A stretch of 62,655 nucleotides of DNA, the filler included, from Pirum gemmata (taxonomy: Eukaryota): NCBI GenBank assembly GCA_002812295.1. It is 13 parts of 13 records of this genome, joined end to end, with 100 filler letters (N's around TTAATTAATTAA, not from the genome) between each part and the next. Parts side by side here need not be neighbours in the genome. Positions count along the whole stretch, not along the records: positions 36,305 to 40,614 come from PDIN01001313.1; positions 40,715 to 46,823 come from PDIN01001314.1; positions 46,924 to 51,180 come from PDIN01001315.1; 10 more parts are not named here. One strand, 5' to 3'. Below, piece by piece: positions 36,675 through 49,684 of the stretch. The notes beneath the pieces are model-generated. The model was not told where the DNA came from. It did no database searches and worked only from the letters and a program-made list of their open reading frames with translations. The stretch's first letter is position 1, and the number at the start of each line of letters is the position of its first letter. Both the position numbers and the translations under genes were made by a program.

Positions 36675-39600
36675 GTGATATTGAGATGATATTGAGCTAT
36701 TCGGAAATAGTTGTCTTCTTGGTGAGACGAAAAAGTTTTGATTTTTCGATACTTTATGCCTCATTGGTGAAGCAACAACACACTGGTACTTTCTTGATGA
36801 GGGCAACGGAGAAAGACATGGCCGCTTACTATTGGGAGTGTTCTACAAAATTGGTTAATAATTGGTAAATAATAGATACATACATGAAAATACGCTTAAG
36901 AAAATTTACAACAAGAATGCACACCTGAACAGAAAATCAAATGAAAACTAGAACTTATTAATATTTTAATCCTCACCCTAAATACAAGACGTTTTAACGT
37001 TTGAGAATATGTAGAAAAAATTATTATAAATTGAAGAATTTAAATAAACTCCCTTTTATATACTTATATTGGGCTTCATTTATATGTAACGAGTCAGGGT
37101 TAGGGTTAGGATTAGGGTTAGGGTCAGGGTTAAGGTTAAGGTTAGGTTTAAGGTTAAGGTTAGGTTTAAGGTTAAGGTTAGGGTCAAGGTTAAGGTTAGG
37201 GTCAAGGTTAAGGTTAGGGTCAAGGTTAAGATTAGGGTCAAGGTTAAGATTAGGGTCAAGGTTAAGGTCAAGGTTAAGGTTAGGGTTAAGGTTAGGGTTA
37301 AGGTTAGGGTTAAGGTTAGGGTTAAGGTTAGGGTTAAGGTTAGGGTTAAGGTTAGGGGGTTAAAGTTANNNNNNNNNNNNNNNNNNNNNNNNNNNNNNNN
37401 NNNNNNNNNNNNNNNNNNNNNNNNNNNNNNNNNNNGGTTAAGGTTAAGGTTAAGGTTAAGGTTAAGGTTAAGGTTGAGGTTGAGGTTAAGGTTAAGGTTA
37501 AGGTTAAGGTTAAGGTTAAGGTTAAGGTTAAGGTTAAGGGTAAGGGTTAGGGCTAAAGATTAGGGTTAAGGTTAGGGTTAGGGTTAAGGTTTTAGAGTTA
37601 AGGTTAAGGTTAAGGGTTAGGGTTAGGGTTAGGGTTAGGGTTAAGGTTAGGGTTAGGGTTAGGGTTAAAAGTTAAGGGTTAAGGGTTAAGGGTTAAGGGT
37701 TAAGGGTTAAGTTTAAGGTTAAGGTTAAGGTTAGGGTTAAGGTTAAGGTTAAGGTTAAGGTTAAGGTTAAGGTTAAGGTTAAGGTTAAGGTTAAGGTTAA
37801 AAAAAGAAAAGGACAAAAAACCGCACCAATAAGTACAATTTTTGTATAATGTTTTTCTTTTCTTGTTATTTTTTCTTTGTACATTTTTCTTAGGGTCATC
37901 TGTTTTATTTTGATTCGAGGTGGGTGTTTTGAAACCGTGATACGTGTATTTCTTTAAAAAAAGCCATTTAAGAACGAGTTTTAACATGATAATATAATAG
38001 AGAAACAACCCACTGATTCAAAGAATTCGATTATTATTGATTCAATGAACAATCAATATGTGTTGCATAATAATCCAATGAACTATAAAATATTATAAGA
38101 CACATTATTCTAACACCCTAACAAATCCCTAACCATATATATAAATTTAATACCTCGGCGAATGATAAAATAAAATCTTTCATTTCTGGCATGAAAATAG
38201 AGTTGTAGAACGATATAATGGGACCTTTCTTTCCATTTTCAAGGGGAACTTCTCTGTAAATCTAAAATCGAAGTTAAAAAATAAGTTAAGCTCAATAAAT
38301 ATATGTTGGCAACACTAGTTTTAAAACAAAAAAATAAAACAAAGTGATCAACAACATTAATATCACTTACAGAAGAAACCACTCGTGGGTAGAGCCGATA
38401 CTTAAAAATTATTGATTTAAACGTTATTTGCCCACCGAGACACATCATACCGTAAACACAGCATATTATTATCTAATATATATAAAAGAGCAATAGTGAA
38501 AACATGAATTATTTATTCAAAAGTACACATGGCAATTATATGAATTATATATTAGTATACATTTAAACTTAAATGTAAATAACCCAAGAAGCAAAAATAT
38601 ATCACAATTACGACCCACCTGATCAACATGGCGATTTGTAAGAATTTTATAATGGTTTTGTAAGGTGTACTCTATTAATGTCCAAATTTTTCTTTTATGA
38701 TCCTAGAGGATATAAAAATCAAGGTTAGTATTAAATTCGAATAGTTAAATAGAGAAAATCCGAAACGAGAATAACCAACCAAATAATAAAAAATATAATT
38801 TTGCAGAGGGATATGAAATTTAGGATTTAATAAATCAATTTGATAGGCGAAAAACTCATATACTAATATTATGTAAAATACAATATATGGAGATTCACCT
38901 GGGATATGCTCAAATCGTCTGCAAGTATTTCAAAACGTGTATGGAGTAAATTGTACAACTTTCTAAAAAACAAATGGTTTTCTTTCTGTTTCGTTGGAGT
39001 GTCTTGTGAAGCTATTTTTCCTTTTTTCCTAGGGGGGGTTTCCATTGTTTTTGAGTTTTTTGATCTAAATATATGAAAAATAAAGCATTAAAAAAATGTT
39101 TCTTTCAAAGAGACAGAAAAGAGAGAAAAATGAGCAAGGGTAACCCTAAATAACAATAGTAAATGAGTTTATACACAAATAATACTACATAAAAAAAGTA
39201 TAAAATAATAGTAATATAAAAAAATAACATTTTAAGAGTAAAAATGATTAGCCGACATACGTAGTTTGTCCAGTTTGACTACTGCTTTGGGATGACACTG
39301 TGTCTGTCCATGCAGGCACGGAGGAGTTTCGTAGAATATCGAATATTCTTGAACCAGAGCGCCAAACTGACTCCTCTAAGATCTTTATATAGATAATAAT
39401 AATAATAGTAATAGTAATTAATAAAATCATTATACTGAGCCAGTCAAAACACATACACAAACACAATAAATATCATAATTAACGGATAATTATATAAACG
39501 CTACACAAGTATATAGAATACACAACACAAACGATGAAAACAAAAAAAAAACGATCGAATACTAACATGTTCCTCAATTTCCCCTAAATGTTTGATGTGA

Positions 39601-40313
39601 TCCCTTGTCAACATTGGCTCACTGCGAATGAAAGTCTCCACAACTTTTATAAAATCAAAGAATTGAAGGCTAAACGAGTCGATAATTTCATCGAACTGTA
39701 TTCTAAGGGTATCACACGAGAAAAGCACAACCTAAGAAATAAAACAATATATATACATAAAGAATAAATATCAAAACTATCAATAACTAATTGCATTTAC
39801 GATCTCACATAACAAGAATAATATATACATTGATTATACCTCTAACGAGACCGCAAGGAGAGCCTTTTGAAAAGTATCAGCAAATAAGAGTTTTGTATAC
39901 GTTTCTGGAACCCGTTTAGATTCGCATTCTAGAATCACTTCAAGAACTTGCAAATACAACTTACGGTGGTAAAAACAAACAAACAAAACAACAAAAAAAA
40001 ACGTTAAAAATTGCAAAAAAAAAGTAGATAAATGGACTTCGTTTAATTTCACAAGAAAAAGAGATGATAAACAAAATAAGAAAGTGAGTGACTTAAGTAA
40101 GTGAGTGACCTAAGAAAATAAGTAAAGAAAATAAGTAAAGAAATAAGAACTAAATGAGACAAATTTCATTACAACCTTTACTGCATAACTATAGGTAAAG
40201 TTAGCAGAATTTTCTTCATCAAAACGATTTTTATGTGCATTAACGTAAGCTACATTTAAAATTTTCAATCGATCGTCAATAGCTGACTGACATTCTGCTT
40301 TATGTAAATGTTC
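36675..40313 (-). CDS. RB1: Retinoblastoma-family pocket protein (pocket A, spacer, pocket B, start of C-terminus), partial, 9 exons
   Basis: In-frame GT-AG exons 40313-40176, 39959-39840, 39731-39567, 39382-39261, 39064-38899, 38702-38619, 38472-38371, 38261-38154 and 36842-36675. They encode LYLQVLEVILECESKR, HLGEIEEHILEES.W, LFFRKLYNL..TRFEIL, IWTLIEYTL..HYKIL.NRHVDQIIICCVYG, IISFYNSIF and LSPLP, with several S/T-P sites. Confidence 0.93.
37095..37800 (+). repeat. Intronic TTAGGG/TTAAGG telomere-like array (inside an Rb intron, spans an assembly gap)
   Basis: Mixed TTAGGG, TTAAGG and TCAAGG hexamers between the Rb exons ending at 38154 and starting at 36842. Confidence 0.9.
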
Positions 40314-41268
40314 CTAGTATTTGTAATGTTACATTAGGAAAAACAAAATAAAAAAATACACTTAATAACATTGTAATTTGCCACAAAATAAATAAATAAT
40401 AAAGAACATAATCAGAGACAAAGAGCTACTATATTATATCATGATTATGATTATGATTATTATTGCAAACATTATAAATATTAATAATAATACTAATAAT
40501 AATAATAATAGTAATATAAAAAAATAACATTTTAAGAGTAAAAATGATTAGCCGACATACGTAGTTTGTCCAGTTTGACTACTGCTTTGGGATGACACTG
40601 TGTCTGTCCATGCANNNNNNNNNNNNNNNNNNNNNNNNNNNNNNNNNNNNNNNNNNNNTTAATTAATTAANNNNNNNNNNNNNNNNNNNNNNNNNNNNNN
40701 NNNNNNNNNNNNNNAGTAGTAGTAGTAGTAGTAGTAGTAGTACTACTACTACTACTACTACCACTACTACTTCAGCTGCTACTATTGATTGCTACTACAA
40801 AAACTAGTACAAACTACCACGGCTACTGAATCCCCACCACCACCACCACCACCACCACCACCACCACTACGACGACTACTACTACTCTATTATCCCCACT
40901 ACCACTTTACTACTACCACTAGCCACTTCTACCAGACTTTCTACCACTTCTACCACTTCTACCACTTCTAATACAAAGAACAAACAACAACAACAACAAC
41001 AACAAAAACAAACAAAAACAAACAACAACAAACAACAACAAACAATAACAAACAACTGCCAAAAGAAACCTTCATGTAATTAAAAAATTATAAGCTACTG
41101 CTTTCTACTACTACTACTACTACTACTACCATTACTACTACTACACTACTACAATCTAATAACAAAAAAACAAAAAATAGTAATAATTAAAATTGTAAAG
41201 GAAAAAGTTTGTTTATTATTAATTAATTAACAAAAATCAATTTAAAAAATCAATTTAAATAATCGATT

Positions 41269-44061
41269 TTAAACAAGCTGGTTACTATAACTATTAGTGG
41301 AGGATTGAAACAATGGGTTAGCATCACTTTGGCCTGCAAAATCATCAAACATTTCTTCGCCTGCTTGTTTAGCAACATGCTGTTTGTAAAAGTACGCAGC
41401 AGCTGCAGCGGCGGCGGCAACTCCAGCGACAGCACCTGCGGCTGCACCAGCAATAACACCAACATTACTACTTTCAACTGGACAAGGGACATTGCAGGTT
41501 TGGGATTCATCAGTTGCAGTGCAAGTAGCAGGCAAATCACCACCTGTAACAGTTCTAGATCTTATACTTTTACCCTCACCGCAAGTACCTTCAACAGAGC
41601 AATCACTCCATTCACCCCATTCGGAGTAGGTACATGGTGCGCATGGAATATCGCAAGTTTTACTTTCAGTTAAAGGTGCACAAGTAGCTCCGTTGTGCTG
41701 GGACTGTACATCAATTTCTCTGTTTCTGGTCATTTGACCTAAACCAGCACCACATGTGGCGGTAACAGAAGGATCAATTGTACATTGGGACCAATCAGCC
41801 CATTCACTAACTTTACAATCTACATTACATAATTGTTTAGCTAGCCCAGCAATGTGTTCAAAAATAGCGGCAAAATCGTCGGACAAGAAAACGTTATCAG
41901 GAGAACCTGTGATAGCATTTAATTGATCTTTATCAACACCACTACCAATACCAAGAGCTAAGATGGTTACATTATCATCGCGAATTTCTTGAGCAATTTC
42001 CAATGGTTCATCTGTAGCCACTCCGTCGGTTAAAAGAATGATAACCTCTGGAATGTTTGCACGAGATTTAGGTAAAACCTCCGCGTTGATTTTTTTGAAG
42101 GCATTTTCTAATTTAGTGCTTCCGAAATTCAAGTCATCCTTATCGTATTGCATTTCCGCCAAAGATTGTTTAATAGTCGCTTTATCATAATTATAGCCCA
42201 TATTTACATGGAATTGATTGTTGAAATCAGTAAAAGAAACGTGGGTAGTATTAGAACTAACTGGGATTGTTTCGATAACCAAGTTAGCAAAACTCTTCAT
42301 CAATTTAAAATTTTCAGTACCAATTTCTAACACTTTCTCTTCCTTTTCATTAAAACTGATGCTTCCACTTTTATCAAACATAAAAGTAATATCGGCCTGA
42401 ATGTCACATTCAGTGATTGGGTCACATGGCAAACTACATGGCTCAAAATCATCAAGAGCTGGACAGCCTGCACCATTATGAGCAGACTGTGTTGTTACAG
42501 TTCTTGTTCGTTTAATTAAACCATCCCCACAAGTACTACTCTGCAAAGATAAAGAACATTGTCCCCACTCCGACCAGTCAGATACTTCACAGTTAATAGC
42601 ACATAATTTTTCACTAACTTTAGCAATTTGAGCAAAGATTGTATCAAAACTATCAGCGTAAAATACATATTCTTTTGATCCAGTGATTGCTTCTAATTGT
42701 GCAGCATCAACTCCACTACCAATACCCAAAGCAAGAATAGTAGTACCTTCAGCTCTCAATTTCTGAGCTTCAGGGATAGGGTTATCATTAGCTTGTCCAT
42801 CAGCCATAATTAATAGCACACGTGGAGTGTTAGGCCGGCCGTTTGGAAGAATTTGTTCATTAGTTTTTTTCAAAGCAGCTTCTAACATAGTGGAACCGTA
42901 AACCATATCATTGTTGTCATAAGTCAAACGATTCAATGTGTTTGTTATTGCATCATGGGAAGAAGAATATTGACTGTTTACATGAAACTCATTGTTAAAA
43001 TCAGTGATAGCCACATGAGTACCTTCTGCGCCAACATTAACACCGGACATAACCAATTGTGCAAATTGCTTCATGGTGTTGAAGTTTTCGATTCCTTTGG
43101 TCAAATTTTTTGTTTGAGTACCATCGTTGAAACTGATACTACCACTCATGTCGAACATCAAAGTCAAATCAGAAACAAGATCACAACTATCTGGGGTATC
43201 ACATTGTAATGGACAAGGTTTTTGTTCAGAAAACTGAGGGCAAGGGTTTCCATTTCCAACTTGCGCTTGGGTTTGTGCTCTAGTTCTTGTTTGAAATCCT
43301 TCGGAGCAAACTTTACTTTCAAGGGACAATTTACAACTCCCCCATTCAGACCAATCACCAACTTCACAGCCCACAGAACAGATTTTTTCAGAGACACCTT
43401 TGATTTGTTCAAAGATTTTATTAAAATCAGATTCAAAAATATTTTGCTCTCCACCTGTGATATCAATCAATTGTCTACGGTTAATATTTCCAATACCAAG
43501 CGCAAAAACATGGTAATTCTCTTGACCTCTTAAACGGTTACCTATTGTGACAGCGTTGAACTGTGGTTGTCGATCCCTAGCTTCGCCATCAGTAAGAATA
43601 AAAATAATTTTAGGAACATCTTTTCGTGCAGCACTTCTACCATCAAAAAGTTGGTCAACCTCGTACATTGCTTGACCTAAAAAGGTGTTTCCATTTGTAT
43701 CAGCTTGAGTATACTGTAAGTTTGCCCAGGATTGATCAATAGAGGCTTTTGTGTAAGAAGCAGCACTGTTAAAAGATACCCCAGTGTTTATTATAGAATT
43801 AAAAGTGGTAAAAGAAACATGAACTTCATCTTTACTAACTGGCAAGCCAGTAATAATGGTATCAACGAAAGTCTTCATTTCATCAAATCTTGCTTGACCT
43901 AATTGAAGATCTCTAAATCTCTGACGACCTCCATCAGATATACTACCACTTTTATCAAACAAAAATGCAATATCAGCAATCAATGCACAATCAGGTTCTA
44001 CTTGATTTTGTGCATAAGTTGTTGCAGCAAAAGCTGCGAACATTAACATTTTTGTCATCAT
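41269..44061 (-). CDS. Type I membrane adhesin: signal peptide-(vWA-TSP1)x3-TSP1-TM-cytoplasmic NPLF tail, 930 aa, intronless
   Basis: Start MMTKMLMFAAFAATTYA. Three vWA domains have MIDAS DxSGS and (T/A)DG. Four TSP1 repeats show C.V..WSEW..C...RTR-type motifs. The TM is G/A-rich (GVIAGAAAGAVAG) and the tail is EEMFDDFAGQSDANPLFQSSTNSYSNQLV. Confidence 0.95.
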   Translation of the reverse strand: MMTKMLMFAAFAATTYAQNQVEPDCALIADIAFLFDKSGSISDGGRQRFRDLQLGQARFDEMKTFVDTIITGLPVSKDEVHVSFTTFNSIINTGVSFNSAASYTKASIDQSWANLQYTQADTNGNTFLGQAMYEVDQLFDGRSAARKDVPKIIFILTDGEARDRQPQFNAVTIGNRLRGQENYHVFALGIGNINRRQLIDITGGEQNIFESDFNKIFEQIKGVSEKICSVGCEVGDWSEWGSCKLSLESKVCSEGFQTRTRAQTQAQVGNGNPCPQFSEQKPCPLQCDTPDSCDLVSDLTLMFDMSGSISFNDGTQTKNLTKGIENFNTMKQFAQLVMSGVNVGAEGTHVAITDFNNEFHVNSQYSSSHDAITNTLNRLTYDNNDMVYGSTMLEAALKKTNEQILPNGRPNTPRVLLIMADGQANDNPIPEAQKLRAEGTTILALGIGSGVDAAQLEAITGSKEYVFYADSFDTIFAQIAKVSEKLCAINCEVSDWSEWGQCSLSLQSSTCGDGLIKRTRTVTTQSAHNGAGCPALDDFEPCSLPCDPITECDIQADITFMFDKSGSISFNEKEEKVLEIGTENFKLMKSFANLVIETIPVSSNTTHVSFTDFNNQFHVNMGYNYDKATIKQSLAEMQYDKDDLNFGSTKLENAFKKINAEVLPKSRANIPEVIILLTDGVATDEPLEIAQEIRDDNVTILALGIGSGVDKDQLNAITGSPDNVFLSDDFAAIFEHIAGLAKQLCNVDCKVSEWADWSQCTIDPSVTATCGAGLGQMTRNREIDVQSQHNGATCAPLTESKTCDIPCAPCTYSEWGEWSDCSVEGTCGEGKSIRSRTVTGGDLPATCTATDESQTCNVPCPVESSNVGVIAGAAAGAVAGVAAAAAAAAYFYKQHVAKQAGEEMFDDFAGQSDANPLFQSSTNSYSNQLV

Positions 44062-44202
44062 TTTTTTTTTTTTTTGTCGTTTTTTTGTTTGTTTGTTTGT
44101 TTGTTGTTGAATAATTATTGCCACAGACAATTATTATTCTTTTTGTTATTGTTGTTGTTGTTGTTGTTGTTTGTTATTTTATTATTATAATTACAAATTA
44201 TA

Positions 44203-44262
<60 letters not shown>

Positions 44263-45025
44263 TGTTTTTTATTTTTTTCGATTTTGTGCATCTATTTTTT
44301 TATTTATATTTTTTTTTATTTCTTTGTCTCGTTTTTTTGTTATTATTATTGTTTTTTTTCTCCCTCATTATTGTCGCAGTATGATATGTCAGTTTGAATA
44401 ATTATGTCGTAGTACATTTCATTTTTCTGGATTGTGATTTCGGTTGGGCTTTCTATTTTATCTTTTATTATGGACAGACGTAATTTTTTATTTATTGTTG
44501 TGTTTTCAATAGTGTTGTCCAGTTCAAAAACTGAAATAATAAACATACCAAGTTGTTATTATGGTTAAACTATCAGATTTGGTATTTTATACTTAATTTT
44601 TTATTTTATATTAATAAATAAGTTCGATTACACACTTAAACAACTACTATAATGAAATAAACGATACTATTATTTATAAATAATCACATATATATTTTTA
44701 CTATAATTATGTATTTATAACAAAACTTGATAAATTATATTTAATTAAGTATTAATAACAACAACAACACTAACAACACTAACAATAACAACAATATTAA
44801 TAAATACCAAGAATAACAACAATAACAGCAATAACAATAATAACGTGTACAATAAAAACAATAAAAACAATCACAACATTAACAACAAATAGCAATAGTA
44901 GAAACAATGACAGTAATAACAACAATAACAACAATAACAACAATAACAACAATAACAACAATAACAACAATAACAACAATATTAATAAATAACAACAATA
45001 GAAACAATAACAACAATAACAACAA

Positions 45026-45094
<69 letters not shown>

Positions 45095-45095
45095 N

Positions 45096-45205
<110 letters not shown>

Positions 45206-45233
45206 TTAATAGTACTAGTACTAGTAGTAGTAG

Positions 45234-45265
<32 letters not shown>

Positions 45266-46344
45266 TTTCCTCTACTACTACTACTACTATACTACTATTA
45301 TCGATAGTGAATCAAATTTTAGAAAGGTTGGTTTCAATTTTTTGCGTGAATGTCGTTCAACAATGTCTGAATCACAGTCTGATGTCGTTGTTCAACGTTC
45401 ACCTCATGTTGCCTTTTTTATTTTTTAAAATATATGTTTTTGCACTTTCATATTGCCTTTTTTATCTGAGAACTGTGGATGCTGGATGGTCTTCTCCCAA
45501 TTTTGCTTTGTATAAAAATCGGGTTTTCGAGCCTATGCATGAATTAAATAAGTTTGAAAATTTTAAAAGCTAACAGTTTTAAGTATTCAAGTATATTTAT
45601 TTATTTATAAACCCGAAAAAATAGAAAAAATAATTTTCGAACAGGGCTGAATTTTGGGTTTTTTTTCGACAGCAGAAATTTGAGTTTTCGGGATCGAGCA
45701 GAATTGGGAGAGACTTATCAAAGCCTTACCAACTTACCAAGTAAGGTACACTACGCGTATCAAAAATTATTCGCAGAGATAAAGGCTAAAAATAAAATTT
45801 TTAAAAAAAATAATACTGAAAAAAAAGCAACTTTCGGGTAATGGAACACTGATTCGCTGGAAAAAAAGCAACTTTTGGGTAATTGAACACTGATTCGCTG
45901 CATACACAAACATAGAAATGTAGTGCAAACAATCTTTAGTTCAACAATATTCAGCGGTTTTTCAGCAACACTATTGAAAATTATTATCGTGCTTATCAAT
46001 TACTTTAAAATATACAATAAATAGTACCAAACTAATACAATATAAATCCATTTAATTTAATTTGGTATACTATATTATCTAAATATCTATTTAAAAGTGT
46101 CAATTTAAATATTATAACCCTCCAAATAAATATTTAGAGTGACAAAATAAATGAAAAGCACGATACTCTGTAGTTTTTTTTAAAAAAAGATTTTATGGAG
46201 CTCAAGACGGACCGGACCACGTAGTCTCATGGATATTAATTATTCTACAAACATTTATATTTTGTTTCCAGAATGCCACTTTAAACTCACAAAAGCCAAA
46301 CGAAAGCAAAAAAAAGTAAATCTATACTATCTAGATTTTTTTAC

Positions 46345-46378
<34 letters not shown>

Positions 46379-47164
46379 TTTTTTTTTTTATNNNNNNNNN
46401 NNNNNNNNNNNNNNNNNNNNNNNNNNNNNNNNNNNNNNNNNNNNNNNNNNNNNNNNNNNNNNNNNNTTTTTTTTTCATTTTCGAACACAAATCAACATAA
46501 ATTTTACGTCATCATAAAAAAAAAAGCACCCGTCTTTCATAGTCTACAAAAAACATTGGTATTGGACCAATGAAAATTAATAATTTAGACATCAGGTTTG
46601 CTGAAAGGGACGCCTAATTTCATCAAAATTCGAAAATTTCAAATTTTGTTTTGTTTTTAACTCAATTAAAAGTCATTATTAAATATTTAAATTTTGTTGA
46701 ATATATTTCATTCGCTAAAAAAGACCTTTCTATAGATATTAGGGACACTATATTGGACAAAAAACAGAAAACTTTTATAATAGACCTAAAAAACTGCATT
46801 TTTAAAAAAAATTAAAAAAAAAANNNNNNNNNNNNNNNNNNNNNNNNNNNNNNNNNNNNNNNNNNNNTTAATTAATTAANNNNNNNNNNNNNNNNNNNNN
46901 NNNNNNNNNNNNNNNNNNNNNNNAAAAAAAAAAAAAAACAAAAACAAAAACGCACGCTGTTTTGAAAGACAGAAAGCTCAACATTAAAAGTTCAAAAGTT
47001 ATTCGAAATATTTTAAAAAAGCTCGAAGTTACAATGGAACAGGCTAATGGAACCTCATCAAACTGATCAAAGTCATCATCTGAAACAACCCAAAAAGAAA
47101 AATCTTTTCCAAATTTGTATTTTCACAACCTTCTAAATATTGGCAAATAGCCAATGCCATTCCT

Positions 47165-47740
47165 ATAACATAACCATAACCATAACCATAACCATAACCA
47201 TAACCATAACCATAACCATAACCATAAAATCATAACAACTATCATAACCATACACATATAATAACCATAACCATAACACCCCATAACTCCATAACCATAA
47301 CCATACCATAACCATAATCATAATTATATAACCATAACCATAACCATAACCACAATTTTATATTTATTATAACCTTAACCATAACCATAACACTCAATAA
47401 CCAAAACCAAAACCAAAACCATAACCATAACCATAACCATAACCATAACCATAACCATAACCATAACCACAATTTTATATTTATTATAACCTTAACCATA
47501 ACCATAACAATCAATAACCAAAACCAAAACCAAAACCATAACCATAACCATAACCCTAACCCTAACCCTAACCATAAGCAAAACCATAACCATGCATACA
47601 TAACCATAACCATAATTACCATGGCCAAAAACATAAACATAACCACAGATTTACCCGTAGTCATAACGTTTTATAACTGTAACCATATTATATAACCATA
47701 TATTATGTATATAGAACCATAACCATAAAACCATAATCAA
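47165..47740. repeat. (CCATAA)n microsatellite with embedded CCCTAA units and a ~120-bp duplication
   Basis: Direct reading of the sequence. Confidence 0.9.
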
Positions 47741-48460
47741 ACACTATCATACCATACCATTAATAATTAAAATTATAATATTTATTGTGCTTTTTATTTT
47801 GTCACTCTGAATATTTATTTTGTTGGTTATAATATTTAAATTGATATTTTTAAATTAATAATTAGATTATAAAATATACCAAATTAAATAAAATGGATTT
47901 ATATTTTATTAATTAAGTACTCTTTATTGTATATTTTATGATGACAAAACAACTGAAAAGCACGATAATCATACCATGATAGCCCATGATGTTGTTAGGA
48001 ACTTGGGACGGTAGTCTATCTAGACTCTATCTAGCTAGTAGCTATCAACTTGATAGATTAGTCTAGCTAGCTAGAGTTGGAGTGGGCTTCTGGGCTCTAA
48101 TACTAAAAAGTCGCATATGGATACTACGATAACTAAGTGATAACTATTTTAAAAAATTAAACCAAGGACTTCAAAAAAAAAAAACTTTGAAGTTTGAAGT
48201 AAAAAAAGCCCTTGATTAAAAACCCAAAGAAAACCAAAAAAAAAAAAAAGTTTGAACTTTCAAAACCAATAACAGCACTATGGGTAAAATTCGGGGAAAC
48301 TAATATGTATCACGATATATATCAAATATAAGATAGGTGTATTATGATGTATATCATGTATAGACAAATGTGAAGACTGGCTCGGTGAAGAAATTTTCCA
48401 GTAAAACTTGAGAAACTTTGAAATTTTTAGGCACCAATGCCATGGTTATTAAAAAAAATT

Positions 48461-48494
<34 letters not shown>

Positions 48495-49526
48495 AAGTAA
48501 TTTAATAACAGGTTACCTCTTTAGGTAATAGGTAGTTAATCAATCAATCAATCAACGAATACCAAAATGAATCATTTCCATATTTATTCAAAAAAAAAAA
48601 AAAAAAAAAAAAAAAAATTAACAACCAAGCAAATAAAAAAAATTAAAGAATTAGATAAAGCTATTTTTTTTTTTTAAAAAAATCTTCTTTTCTAAAAACC
48701 TTTTTTTTTAAAAAAAAAAATACTAACTAGCCAAATTATTTTTTAAAACTAGTCATTGGTTCATAGTAGAGTTTTCTTAGCTAGACTATTTATCAACATT
48801 TGGTAGTACTTTCATTAAAATTGGATCAATTTGAGATTTTTGGATTTTTGAGCTCTTGTGGTGGATGTCGCCATTTTTTTACGGATAATAATGATAGGAC
48901 TGTTGGTAGACCAGGTTGGTAGACCTATGTTAGGGTTAGGGTTAGGGTAGTTAGGGTTAGGGTTAGGGTGTTTTAAGGTTAGGGTTAGGGACTTAGGGTT
49001 AAGGTTCGCTGAGTCTTAGTAGCCTCTCCCAAACTCGAGCCCGAAAATTCGAACTTCTGCTGTGGAAAATTATTTTTTTAATTAATGCATAGGCTCGAAA
49101 AGTCTACTACTACTACTAGCTCTAGACTACTAGCTAGCTAGAGTCTGGCAGTTTGCAATGTGACAATGCCCGTCTTGCGAGTTACAACGACGTCTTGGGC
49201 ACTCTAGCTACTAGTAGCAAGCTACTACTACTAGCTAGTAGAGTCTATGATAGCAGCTATGAAAGCACTAGTTTTTCTACTAGTATTAATAGTAGTTTGT
49301 GGCCTTTGGGCATTAAAAATTTTGTATGAATTGGGAATATTCGTATAACCAAAAAGTATCAGTTTGTCTTTTGAAGTTTCCCTAATAATAAAAAATGACA
49401 AGGGATAAAATAAATTTTTTTTTTTGCTAATGAACCAACTTGAAGCAACTTGAAGAGAGTGGTTGTAAAGAGGCGATTGGCAATTGGTGATTTTGACTCT
49501 TTTTTTTTTTTTTTTTTTTTTTTTTT

Positions 49527-49594
<68 letters not shown>

Positions 49595-49684
49595 CTTAAT
49601 TTTATTATTCTTTTTTATTTTTTTGATTTTTTTTTTTTTTGACTAGCTATGTAGTGTACACCCGGTACTACACCGCCATACGGT

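Noticed and set aside
40495..40614. Duplicate of the Rb exon/intron segment at ~39195-39315
   Set aside because: An identical copy at a contig end after an AAT repeat is most likely a misassembly.
41250..43533. Antisense and alternate-frame ORFs inside the adhesin, GH5 and ETFA genes
   Set aside because: Shadows of the real coding frames.
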